From a virus (lineage: Duplodnaviria > Caudoviricetes): 36,249 bases of DNA. The notes below the pieces were generated by a model that was not told the origin of the DNA, did no database searches, and saw only the letters and a list, made by a program, of their open reading frames with translations. The number at the start of each line of letters is the position of its first letter. Position 1 is the stretch's first letter. Positions 8,851 through 17,304 of the stretch are shown here, one piece after another. Both the position numbers and the translations under genes were made by a program. The stretch is from the IMG/VR virus record IMGVR_UViG_3300037483_000722, positions 1 through 36,249 of that record. One strand, written 5' to 3'.

Positions 8851-9115
8851 CCGGCATCACTCATCCTCCGCGAACGGATTCTTGGTGTTTGTTGTTGACC
8901 AGAACGATGTTGAGACGGGAGTGTTTGATGAGCATAAGTGCATTTTCGGCTGTCTGTCTGTGGCGCAGGCTATGGACCTCTATCTCTCCGGGTTCGGTGA
9001 TGGAAAAGGGCATGAGCGCCTGCGAGCTATCTCCCCGATCCACGTCAGCCAATTCAAAGAGTGGATCAGCAAAGGCGACGCCAAGAAGCCGTTCGCGGAG
9101 GATGAGTGATGCCGG
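8851..9115. repeat. 35-bp inverted repeat (34/35 identical), arms 8851-8885 and 9081-9115
   Basis: ccggcatcactcatcctccgcgaacggattcttgg versus the reverse complement of ccaagaagccgttcgcggaggatgagtgatgccgg. Confidence 0.95.
8886..9109 (+). pseudogene. C-terminal half of an InPase (polyvalent-protein inorganic pyrophosphatase-like) domain
   Basis: VFVVDQNDVETGVFDEHKCIFG...YL...FKEWISKGDAKKP. The N-terminal half (GNYK..HYGY..GDHxDVF) is absent and the upstream part of ORF 8744..9109 is not domain-like. Confidence 0.7.
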
Positions 9116-9282
9116 ACGAATTTGATCAACTGGCAGAAAAGGAACTGATTGCGGACGCGGCAATTCATTCATTTCGCTTTGATATTCCTGTTGGTGAAGC
9201 GGGTGAGTGTTGCGAGTGCGAAGAATACTCACCGCGCCTGATTGGCGGTAAATGCGCCCCTTGCCGTGACGGGAGACGATGA
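9109..9282 (+). CDS. small TraR/DksA-like C4 zinc-finger protein (57 aa)
   Basis: Below the ORF track cutoff. MPDEFDQLAEKE...GECCECEEYSPRLIGGKCAPCRD has the N-terminal D-x-x-D acidic pair and two CxxC; RBS GGAGG; overlaps both neighbours. Confidence 0.7.
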   Translation: MPDEFDQLAEKELIADAAIHSFRFDIPVGEAGECCECEEYSPRLIGGKCAPCRDGRR

Positions 9283-9656
9283 TGTCCTGTAAATATAATG
9301 AGGTGGACGGCGTATGGCAAGACAAGGCTGTACGCGATATCCAGCAAGGAGATGGAAGGCGCTGGACGGCAAATTTTGAGAACGACATCACAGGGATGAT
9401 CGGCGAAATTGCATTCAAGAGAAAAAAGACAGACACTGACGCAGACGCTGTTCTGATTCTCGCGAGCGCATTGGCCGCCCCGGATTCTGTCACTGGCGAA
9501 ATCAACTCCATGCTGTTTGAGTTGGGTGATGCGCAGAGCGCCGCCCTCCCTCTTGGTGCGCTCCATTTTGGGTTACGTGTCAAGCTCGACGGAATCACAA
9601 CGACACTTATTGACCAATTAATCAAAGTTCGTTTGTCGAACCCTACGGAGGTCTGA
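9279..9656 (+). CDS. BppU-N-like / fibre-module adaptor protein
   Basis: IQQGD...F, then D.DA.L and a beta-rich pattern; precedes the fibre gene. Confidence 0.5.
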   Translation: MMSCKYNEVDGVWQDKAVRDIQQGDGRRWTANFENDITGMIGEIAFKRKKTDTDADAVLILASALAAPDSVTGEINSMLFELGDAQSAALPLGALHFGLRVKLDGITTTLIDQLIKVRLSNPTEV

Positions 9657-9657
9657 C

Positions 9658-11430
9658 ATGCCAGACACGATCAATATCGAATTTACTGGCCTCTTTGAAA
9701 CTGGCCCGCAAGGAGAAGACGGTTTCGCATCTTTTGCGACGATTGCTGAGTTTCCTGAAGTGGGAGTGGCGGGGAAACTTTATTTTGCAGAAGATTCGTC
9801 CTTGTTTTATCGCTGGGATGGGGCGGCCTACGCGCAAGCGACCCCGTCATCACACGAATCGCTCCCTGATCTGCAAGGGGGGAGCGACGGCGAGCATTAT
9901 CATCTGACGCAATCTGAGCATCTTTTGTCTTCCGGGCTTGGTGCGCTTTATAATGACACTCTTGACCCCACCGGGATTGTTGACGGCCCGAGCGTCGGGG
10001 TATCCTACGACGCCACCACTCGCACCCTCACGCTCACTCATGCAAGTGGAACTATCGATTACTACTGGCAGGGGGAGTTGGTGTCTGTCGAAAGCCCGCT
10101 GGTCATCCCGGCGCATGACGACGTTGACGGAAGATATTTTGCAACCTCCACCGACGGCGACGCAATTGTGTGGTCATCTTCGGCCTGGCAACTTTGGCAG
10201 CTGCAACTTGCGGCTATCGCTTATTACCCGGCGCGCGGATTTTCGTTCGGCATTCGGGAGCCACACGGATTTATGCCGTGGCCGTCGCATCGAGCTGATC
10301 ACCTCAACCGTGGGACCTATCGCGCCAGCGGCCTCGGCCCGACCAGCGGGACATACACAATTGACACCGAGACAGATGCAGCAGTAACGCCTGGATTTGA
10401 CGCAGGGGTCATTTATGACGAGGACAACGAGTCCTCAATAGCCGCATCGACTGAAGGGGTATATACCACTTTTCGGGTTGGTGCTGGTGTGCTAGCTGTT
10501 TTTGACACGACTGCAACCTTCCCGTACCGATCTGCTCCCGGAGGGTTTATCTACATCAACGACCCGGAGACCGGCGGAGAAACAGAGGCGGCGACAAACC
10601 GCTACGTCAACGTGTATGAATTGTGCATCCCAGTTACCGACGACGCGGAAAGTCAGAAATTCCGCCGGGTCGTGATTCAACCGCAACGTAGTTTTACATC
10701 TCTGTCAGCAGCGCAGGCGGAGAGTCCGACGACTGTTGATCTTGGCGACTTGACCGACATCAGTATGGAGTTTGTCGCATATACCCGTCTCACGTACCGG
10801 ACAAACGCGGGATACACGACCACTGGTAAAGTGCAGCTTGCAGGGGTGTCATATGTTGTCGGGAGCCGGGAGGGGCAGTTTTTTATCCAGACCGCCGCAG
10901 CACCAACTGCCGAGAACATCCCATTAACCCCAACAGGTGGTGTGGCCGGAACAAATGTGCAGTCTGGCATCGGCGAGTTGGCCACTATCGTTACCCAGGT
11001 TGAAGCAGAAGCAGGGGTCAGCACAACGCTTCGCGCGTGGACGGTAGAGCGCGTGTGGCAAGTTGTCGCCAAGTTCATCACCACGGCCAGAGCATATATC
11101 ATAAGCGGTGGGTACGAGCCGACAACCGATTACGGGCTGATCGGCGGCGCTCAGGTGCTTGCCTACGCAAACTCAATCGCGTTTACGCTAGACGCAACTG
11201 ACTGCGATTTATCATTTTCCGGTCTTCCGGCCTCCGGCAACATTGGCAGCATGAACATAAAAGTCACGACAGGCGCAACACTCCCCGCCACACTTGGCGG
11301 AACCGCATCCCCAGACTGGCAGGTTGAACTCCTCGGGCTTTTGGCGGTCAGCTCTACGCAAACATTTGAGGCGTGGTGCTACGACGGGGCCACGGTACGC
11401 ATCAATGAGGTCACATATTCCGGGCAATAA
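9658..11430 (+). CDS. virion fibre / appendage protein
   Basis: FPEVG..GKLY.A.D....YRWDG, HESLPDLQGG..GEHYHLT and TQVEAEAGVSTTLRAWT fibre-type motifs; Thr/Gly/Ala-rich. Confidence 0.65.
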   Translation: MPDTINIEFTGLFETGPQGEDGFASFATIAEFPEVGVAGKLYFAEDSSLFYRWDGAAYAQATPSSHESLPDLQGGSDGEHYHLTQSEHLLSSGLGALYNDTLDPTGIVDGPSVGVSYDATTRTLTLTHASGTIDYYWQGELVSVESPLVIPAHDDVDGRYFATSTDGDAIVWSSSAWQLWQLQLAAIAYYPARGFSFGIREPHGFMPWPSHRADHLNRGTYRASGLGPTSGTYTIDTETDAAVTPGFDAGVIYDEDNESSIAASTEGVYTTFRVGAGVLAVFDTTATFPYRSAPGGFIYINDPETGGETEAATNRYVNVYELCIPVTDDAESQKFRRVVIQPQRSFTSLSAAQAESPTTVDLGDLTDISMEFVAYTRLTYRTNAGYTTTGKVQLAGVSYVVGSREGQFFIQTAAAPTAENIPLTPTGGVAGTNVQSGIGELATIVTQVEAEAGVSTTLRAWTVERVWQVVAKFITTARAYIISGGYEPTTDYGLIGGAQVLAYANSIAFTLDATDCDLSFSGLPASGNIGSMNIKVTTGATLPATLGGTASPDWQVELLGLLAVSSTQTFEAWCYDGATVRINEVTYSGQ

Positions 11431-11439
11431 GGAGCGATT

Positions 11440-12027
11440 ATGTTTAAATATGCTGAATTGATCGATGGCGTCTGGACGATAAAAAGCGCAAAAATGTTTC
11501 AGGCGTACCGCGTGGAGGATATGACGGAAGAAGATTTTGCGGTTTACGGCCTGTATTCCGACACGCGCAAACCGTTTGACCCGAAGCCGGAGTTGCTGAC
11601 GCTGCAAAAGCACGACGCCGGACAGGTGATCAACGGTCGCGTTGTTTGGTCGGCAGTAGATATGCCGCTCGAAGATGCGCAAGCGTTGAAAGTTGCCGAA
11701 ATCTCGGCAGCGTTTGACACTGATATGCGCACCGGGTCAGTCATGACGCCCGAGGAGTGGTCGATAGACGCACGGCGCAGTGACACGAAAAACGATCTGC
11801 AGAACATGGATACGCTGTATCGTCAGATGCTACGGAACGGAGAGACTGAAGCGTATGTAAAAGGGGCTGATAACGAGTTACATCTTTGCACCCTTGCACA
11901 GGTTGAGGCGTTGGTTATCTTGCTGGAGGATGCAGGGACGGCGCGATATCTTAAGAAGTTTTCTCTTGAATCGCAGATTTATGCCGCAACCACCGTCGAT
12001 CAACTCCGACAAGTGGTGTGGTCATGA
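11440..12027 (+). CDS. fibre assembly-type protein (DUF4376-like)
   Basis: Follows the fibre gene; K.AEI, KGADNE...T.AQ and QIYAATTVDQL..VVW terminal pattern. Confidence 0.7.
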   Translation: MFKYAELIDGVWTIKSAKMFQAYRVEDMTEEDFAVYGLYSDTRKPFDPKPELLTLQKHDAGQVINGRVVWSAVDMPLEDAQALKVAEISAAFDTDMRTGSVMTPEEWSIDARRSDTKNDLQNMDTLYRQMLRNGETEAYVKGADNELHLCTLAQVEALVILLEDAGTARYLKKFSLESQIYAATTVDQLRQVVWS

Positions 12028-12794
12028 GACACCACGGACGGCGAGCGAGTGGCGGACTAGACCCGCTTTTGGCTTATGCTAAATCGCTTGGCGGTCTACA
12101 GTTTTTTTATGATGCATCTCAACCAAAAATCAGTCTCTACAGTGATACAAATAAAACAACTCCCGCTGCTGTAGATGGTCCCGTCAGGTTGTGGGCGGAC
12201 CTTTCCGGGCACGGGAGAGATTTGATTGAGAAAGGAGATAATACTGCACCACCGACATACACCGGGGATGGTGTTTTTATATCACAGTACAAAAACCTCA
12301 ACTTACCGACTAATTTTAACTCGATGGTGGACCCAGCAGACTCGTTTACATTGATAACGTTAAGCGAGTATACAGACACATCATATGCCCAGGGGCGTAT
12401 ATTTGGGGCAGGAGATAATTCATACAGACTTGATGTCGTAGGTGCACGAGCTTTTTTATCTTCCCGGTTTGTTAACGAGGCCCCGCAGAGCAATCTATAT
12501 TTTGAACCGGCCATCTCCTTAGCCATAAAGTTACTTTCCGTTGTTTTTGACAATGATTCAGATGTTATTGCGATTAAAAAAAACAATTTACAGGTCGCCC
12601 AGCGTGCGGCAGCTTTCGGGTGTGATATTACCCCAACATCAACGGGAGTCTTTAGTTCGGGGTATGGGTCTGGCGCGTTTTCCATGATAGGCAATGGTCT
12701 TTTTGCAACCCTTTTTAACCGCGCGTTAACGGATGGTGAGCATACAGAAATATTTGAGATGCTGAAAGAAAAGTTTGGGGATTGGACGCTATGA
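12024..12794 (+). CDS. LamG/concanavalin-like putative receptor-binding protein
   Basis: FYDAS...PVRLWADLSGHGRDL and FNRALTDGE...L.EKFG are typical of phage LamG-like proteins; visibly AT-richer interior. Confidence 0.65.
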   Translation: MRHHGRRASGGLDPLLAYAKSLGGLQFFYDASQPKISLYSDTNKTTPAAVDGPVRLWADLSGHGRDLIEKGDNTAPPTYTGDGVFISQYKNLNLPTNFNSMVDPADSFTLITLSEYTDTSYAQGRIFGAGDNSYRLDVVGARAFLSSRFVNEAPQSNLYFEPAISLAIKLLSVVFDNDSDVIAIKKNNLQVAQRAAAFGCDITPTSTGVFSSGYGSGAFSMIGNGLFATLFNRALTDGEHTEIFEMLKEKFGDWTL

Positions 12795-13033
12795 CGAAAT
12801 CACTCATAAAATACACCCTCATATTATTCGACCGCCAGATAAACGTCTGGTTCCTGCGTGGCAACAACGAGTGCATATCCACCCGCATCGGGCGCATGGC
12901 ATGGGCAGACAACGGATCGCACTACGCACCCCCGAACTGGCACTGGTGGTTTGGGGCGGCACGGATGATATGGTATTTGCTGGAGCATATTGATCCCGGC
13001 CACTGCCGTCGGGCGTATGAGTCGGGGGTTTGA
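12791..13033 (+). CDS. conserved small phage protein
   Basis: DRQIN...G.NECISTRIG...IDPGHC pattern, commonly seen next to fibre or lysis genes. Confidence 0.6.
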   Translation: MTKSLIKYTLILFDRQINVWFLRGNNECISTRIGRMAWADNGSHYAPPNWHWWFGAARMIWYLLEHIDPGHCRRAYESGV

Positions 13034-13944
13034 TGCCTATCTTGATTGACCACAAGCAAATTGATAAGCTCCGGCGCAGACGTGCGCGACGACCCCCAAA
13101 GATTGATGGGAGCGCGCAAGCCGAACGTTTTCTTCGCACAAAACTGCAAAAGTTGTGGCAGCGTGTGCTTGCGCCAGCGACAAAGAAAATTCAGAGGCTT
13201 GCTGCGTCCAGCGCCCCAGCAACAGAGATTGTCTCCGCCATCAACAGCGCTCTTGATACAGCGGAGATGCAGTACGATATAGCGGCTGCAGACATCTCAA
13301 ATCAATGGAGGTCGTCCTTAGATAGAGATACCCGAAAAGCATTTGTGGCGGGGCTGCAAAAGTCTCTCGGGGTCGATATCACAGCGCTTTATGACTCTCC
13401 TGAAATTGCTGATGCACTTGCGATAGGCTCGATGGAAGCGTCTCAACTGATACAGACAATTCCAACCGAGTTTCTGGGTAAAGTGGCGCAAGCTGTGTCA
13501 GACAACTTCACTGGGGAACCGCTACCGGAAGGGCGAACTCTGGCGCAACAAATAAGAGTGCTGTCCGGCCAGAGTCTTCGCCGGGCAAAGATGATTGCCC
13601 GAGACCAGACGAAAAAGTTGAATGCACATATACAGCAAGTGCGCCAATCAAGCCTCGGGATTACGGCGTACATCTGGCGCACCGTCAAAGATGAACGTGT
13701 GGTTGGGAAACCTGGAGGTGTGAGCCCGACCGGGAATACGGCGCACAGGAACCATTATAAAATGGAGGGGGTGTATTGTCAGTGGGACGACCCGACGGTG
13801 TACAGCAAAGACGACGGAAAAACGTGGATCAAGCGAGTCAGCGAGATGCCAAAAAATCACCCCGGCCAAGACATAAATTGCCGCTGTCATGCTGAACCCG
13901 TGCTCGATATAGAAAAAATATTGGAATATGCACAAACCGCTTGA
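13030..13944 (+). CDS. head morphogenesis protein (SPP1 gp7 / Mu F family)
   Basis: RAKMIARDQTKKLN, YIWRTVKDERV, HPGQDINCRCHAEP. Confidence 0.92.
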   Translation: MMPILIDHKQIDKLRRRRARRPPKIDGSAQAERFLRTKLQKLWQRVLAPATKKIQRLAASSAPATEIVSAINSALDTAEMQYDIAAADISNQWRSSLDRDTRKAFVAGLQKSLGVDITALYDSPEIADALAIGSMEASQLIQTIPTEFLGKVAQAVSDNFTGEPLPEGRTLAQQIRVLSGQSLRRAKMIARDQTKKLNAHIQQVRQSSLGITAYIWRTVKDERVVGKPGGVSPTGNTAHRNHYKMEGVYCQWDDPTVYSKDDGKTWIKRVSEMPKNHPGQDINCRCHAEPVLDIEKILEYAQTA

Positions 13945-13969
13945 CTTTTGCTTATTATTGAACTATAAT
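13941..13969 (+). promoter_or_regulatory. near-consensus sigma70 promoter TTGACT-N17-TATAAT
   Basis: -35 at 13941-13946 and -10 at 13964-13969. Confidence 0.75.
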
Positions 13970-13998
13970 AGATTTATGCCTATTCTGTGAGGTGTAAA

Positions 13999-14226
13999 AT
14001 GAATTTTCAAAATGGCCGCTCAAAAGCTTTCAAGACTATCGCGCTAAATTCTCCTATTCCGCAAACGATGAAGAGGCAAGACCTTCTGAAGTGGATTCAT
14101 GACGGAACATTTCACGTTACCAGTCACGATTCTGATTTATCTGATGTCGGAGTTGGCGGACAAGTGCAGGGGCCCATGAATGGCAGGGTCGTGACGGTAA
14201 AACTCATGAATGGTTGTGAAATATGA
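13999..14226 (+). CDS. small protein carrying a divergent FQNGRSKAFKTI motif
   Basis: RBS GAGGT, ATG at 13999; 4-bp overlap with the DUF2213 gene. Confidence 0.65.
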   Translation: MNFQNGRSKAFKTIALNSPIPQTMKRQDLLKWIHDGTFHVTSHDSDLSDVGVGGQVQGPMNGRVVTVKLMNGCEI

Positions 14227-15407
14227 AACATATCAACACATACAGTGTCAAAACAGCGGAGCGCCCACGCTGGGAGAAAACGCCCGATGGGTTTATGCGG
14301 TGTCCAGCAAGAATTCTTGCTGAGCGCGTCATGCCTTATGGTCGGGGTGAAATTGAACTCCCAGAAAATGTTGCTGAAGAACTTGGCGACGCTTCTCAAG
14401 TTAATATGCTGGTCAACCGGGACAGTATGTGCGCGGCAGAATCTTTGCGCTCCTTGGAAGGGTGCCCGTGTGTTATCGGGGAACACCAATGGCTTGATAC
14501 GGACAACGTGAAAGAGTTTTCAGTCGGGCATGTAGCCGGGACACCGCGTGTGGATGGCCCCTATGTTGTATGCGACTTGCTTATCACCGACGCTGACGCC
14601 ATCCGTCAAATTGAGGAGGGCGAGTTTCCTGAAATTAGCGCCGCTTACTCAGCTGATTCAATTTTTGGAGCGGGTGAATTCGACGGAACATCGTACAATG
14701 CGCGTCAAACGAAATTGCGTTATAACCATATTGCGATCATTCCGACCGGCCACGGTCGGGCGGGGCAAGATGTCCGAATCATCAACAAGAACAAAGGAGA
14801 CAGCAGCATGAGTGAAAAAACCATGGTGCGCGTCCGGCTCCGCAACACTGGCCGGTACGTGAACGTTGACGAGGAAGCGGCCAAGGAAATCGCCTTGGAA
14901 GAAGAAGCCGCCATGTCAACTGAAAAAAAATCCGGCTCTGAATTGGAGACAGCGATGTCCGAGCTGGAAGCAAAGGCGGCTGAGGCGCAAGCCCTTCACT
15001 CCGAGATTGAAGAGTTGAAAGGGGAGCTTTCAGTTTACAAGGAAAAATTGGAAGAGCTTCTGAACGGCGAGGTGGTGGAAAAAGCTGCTGAAGAGATGGT
15101 CGCCGAGCAGGGCGAAGCTGCCGAGATTGTTGAAAATATGGTCGATGAAGAAAAGAAGGAAGAGATCATGAATTCCCTCAAAGGACTTCGCGGCCAAAAA
15201 CTTCATGCGAAGGTTCTCAACACGATCGGAATCAAAACCGACGGCATGAGCAAGGATGCTCTTCGCGGAGCATTCAGCGCGCAGCATCAAATCTGCAACG
15301 CGATGAAAGGTAAAGCCCGCAAGGTGGCTGGCTCCAAGGTGCTTAACACCGCGCATCAGGTGCCTGCCGGGCGCACAGCACATCAACGACTCGGCTTCGC
15401 CGAATAA
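14223..15407 (+). CDS. DUF2213-family putative prohead protease-scaffold fusion
   Basis: TPDGF, EISAAY, YNHIAII..GRAG, followed by a Glu-rich coiled-coil scaffold-like region; located before the capsid genes. Confidence 0.85.
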   Translation: MKHINTYSVKTAERPRWEKTPDGFMRCPARILAERVMPYGRGEIELPENVAEELGDASQVNMLVNRDSMCAAESLRSLEGCPCVIGEHQWLDTDNVKEFSVGHVAGTPRVDGPYVVCDLLITDADAIRQIEEGEFPEISAAYSADSIFGAGEFDGTSYNARQTKLRYNHIAIIPTGHGRAGQDVRIINKNKGDSSMSEKTMVRVRLRNTGRYVNVDEEAAKEIALEEEAAMSTEKKSGSELETAMSELEAKAAEAQALHSEIEELKGELSVYKEKLEELLNGEVVEKAAEEMVAEQGEAAEIVENMVDEEKKEEIMNSLKGLRGQKLHAKVLNTIGIKTDGMSKDALRGAFSAQHQICNAMKGKARKVAGSKVLNTAHQVPAGRTAHQRLGFAE

Positions 15408-15420
15408 AGGAGATTAAATC

Positions 15421-16272
15421 ATGACTTTCGCAACTGGTTATCGTGGGACTGTTGGCGGTTCCGTACAGAGCGCAGTCACCGACCAACCGGGGGTTGGCGT
15501 TCCGGGCATGTTGGCGTTCGCATCCGACAACGTCCTGCACGACTCCTATTATATCGGTGAAGCAAATGGTATTGCAGCGGGTAAGGGCGTTAAGCTGACG
15601 CAGGTCGTTGACGCAATTTCCTTGCAAAGTCCGAACGTCGCGGCTTATCTGCCTGACGCAGGGGATGCGGCTTCCGTGTTCGCTGGGATCGTCATGTTCG
15701 ATGAGACGATGCAATCGGATGAAAACGGCGTTCCGGGCTGGGCGCAAGGTCGGATGGCTCGTGTCATTCGTCCGGGACGCTCTGGGGGCCGAATTTACGT
15801 GAAGGCGATTGAAGCTGTCGCCACTACTGACCCGGTGCATCTGATCACGGACACCACGACCGGGTTTGAAATCGGCGACTTCGCCATGGAGCAAAAGGGC
15901 ACAGTCGTTCAAACTGCCACCCCTGCCGCCGATGCCGGGAATACCGGAGACGGCACACTTGCAGCGGTCGTCTCGGACAACACCGCGCAAGTCGGCGTCT
16001 ACAACGCCGTTTGCGTCGCCGCAGCTACCAACGCAGGATCGTTTTTGGTTACTGATCCGGGTGGCGTCGTTGTTGGGACGGCGACTGTCGATGTTGAGTT
16101 TGTTGGCGACGGTCTGACATTCACCATCGCAGACGACACTACCGATTTTGTCGTCGGCGACGCTTTCACCATCACGGTTACTGAGTCGGGAGCCACTTCG
16201 GTCGCCCTCAGCAACGCTCGTTGGCATACCGCAGCAGACGCTGGTGGACTTGCCATCCTCGAACTCTTTTAA
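15421..16272 (+). CDS. capsid cement/decoration protein with inserted beta-rich domain
   Basis: Lies between protease and MCP; GVPGM..., GRIYV core; insert GNTGDGT...TFTIAD..TDFVVGDAFTITV. Confidence 0.75.
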   Translation: MTFATGYRGTVGGSVQSAVTDQPGVGVPGMLAFASDNVLHDSYYIGEANGIAAGKGVKLTQVVDAISLQSPNVAAYLPDAGDAASVFAGIVMFDETMQSDENGVPGWAQGRMARVIRPGRSGGRIYVKAIEAVATTDPVHLITDTTTGFEIGDFAMEQKGTVVQTATPAADAGNTGDGTLAAVVSDNTAQVGVYNAVCVAAATNAGSFLVTDPGGVVVGTATVDVEFVGDGLTFTIADDTTDFVVGDAFTITVTESGATSVALSNARWHTAADAGGLAILELF

Positions 16273-16285
16273 GGAGGGCTGACAG

Positions 16286-17245
16286 ATGCCTTACGGATTC
16301 AATACTGGTGGCTCTTCAAGCGTTACCGCTGCTGAGCTGATCACTTCCGTCTTCGACTCGGTTGAAGCCGGATTCTTCGACGTTCTGTACCCCGAAATCT
16401 TGTGGAGAACAATCATTCCGCAAGAGTCGGTAAAGACAGAGGTTAACCCCGGCGCGCTAAATTACGTTTACCGGTCCCGTGACACCAAGGGGATGGGACA
16501 ATTCGTCAATGGCGACGTCAACAACATCCCGCGTGTCGGGCAAGTCGTCGGTCAGGTCACTGTGCCGATTCTTGACGCGGCTGTCGGTGCTACCCTGACT
16601 GACGCGGAAGCTCGCCGATACCAATTCGGATATCAAACCGCTCTCGCCAAGGACTACGGCGAGATCATGAAACAGGCCGCTGAATACCACATCGAGCGGA
16701 CGTTCTTCTTTGGCAACGCAGCAGCAAACTTCGTTCCGTTTTTGGATTATCCGACCGTTACGAAAATTCCTGCTGCCGTCTGGTCCGGGACTGATCCCTC
16801 GGCATGGGTTGCATCGATCAATGATGCTATCACCACCGTCTGGACGGCCTCCAAGACCGTTCACCTGCCTGATACCGTGTTTCTGCCGCCTGCCAACCTG
16901 TCGAAGCTGACCGCAGCATTCGTCATCGGCGCGGGGACTGCCGGGGTGGCGGTTTCTGCTTTGGAATATCTCAAGCAGAACAACATCTACACCGCGCAGA
17001 CGGGCAAGCCGTTGACGATCCGCGCCCTGCGGTATCTGGATAACGCTGGCGTAGCGGGCGTTAATCGCTTGATCGTAGCGGAAATGAACCCTCGCAACTT
17101 TGTTCTTCCGTTCCCGCTGCCATATCAACTGGCACAACCTGTCCCCATCGCCCTCGGCGTGGATATGTTTGCTGAATACATTTTCGGCAGTTTCAATATC
17201 CGCTATCCGTTGTGCATGGCGTATGTGGATGTGGCAGACAGCTAA
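16286..17245 (+). CDS. major capsid protein (DUF2184-type, HK97 fold)
   Basis: 319 aa; YPEI...IP, FFGN, PDTVFLPP, LEYLKQNN, IRYP..MAYVD; strong RBS, followed by a terminator. Confidence 0.9.
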   Translation: MPYGFNTGGSSSVTAAELITSVFDSVEAGFFDVLYPEILWRTIIPQESVKTEVNPGALNYVYRSRDTKGMGQFVNGDVNNIPRVGQVVGQVTVPILDAAVGATLTDAEARRYQFGYQTALAKDYGEIMKQAAEYHIERTFFFGNAAANFVPFLDYPTVTKIPAAVWSGTDPSAWVASINDAITTVWTASKTVHLPDTVFLPPANLSKLTAAFVIGAGTAGVAVSALEYLKQNNIYTAQTGKPLTIRALRYLDNAGVAGVNRLIVAEMNPRNFVLPFPLPYQLAQPVPIALGVDMFAEYIFGSFNIRYPLCMAYVDVADS

Positions 17246-17252
17246 ACCTGAT

Positions 17253-17283
17253 GCTCCCGCGCTAACTTTGCGCGGGAGCTTTC
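17253..17283 (+). terminator. intrinsic terminator/attenuator after MCP
   Basis: 10-bp stem GCTCCCGCGC/GCGCGGGAGC, 7-nt loop, short T tract. Confidence 0.7.
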
Positions 17284-17304
17284 TCAAAATTACGGAGGCC
17301 CCAA

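Noticed and set aside
8744-8885. N-terminal part of ORF 8744..9109 as a real coding sequence
   Set aside because: It overlaps the DUF5661 frame and the inverted-repeat arm. Only the part after about 8886 looks domain-like.
15343-17287. Long minus-strand ORFs (15343..16227, 16457..17287) and similar shadows such as 3554..4129 and 24550..25131
   Set aside because: They are antisense to well-supported genes, have no RBS or motifs, and are expected from codon bias.
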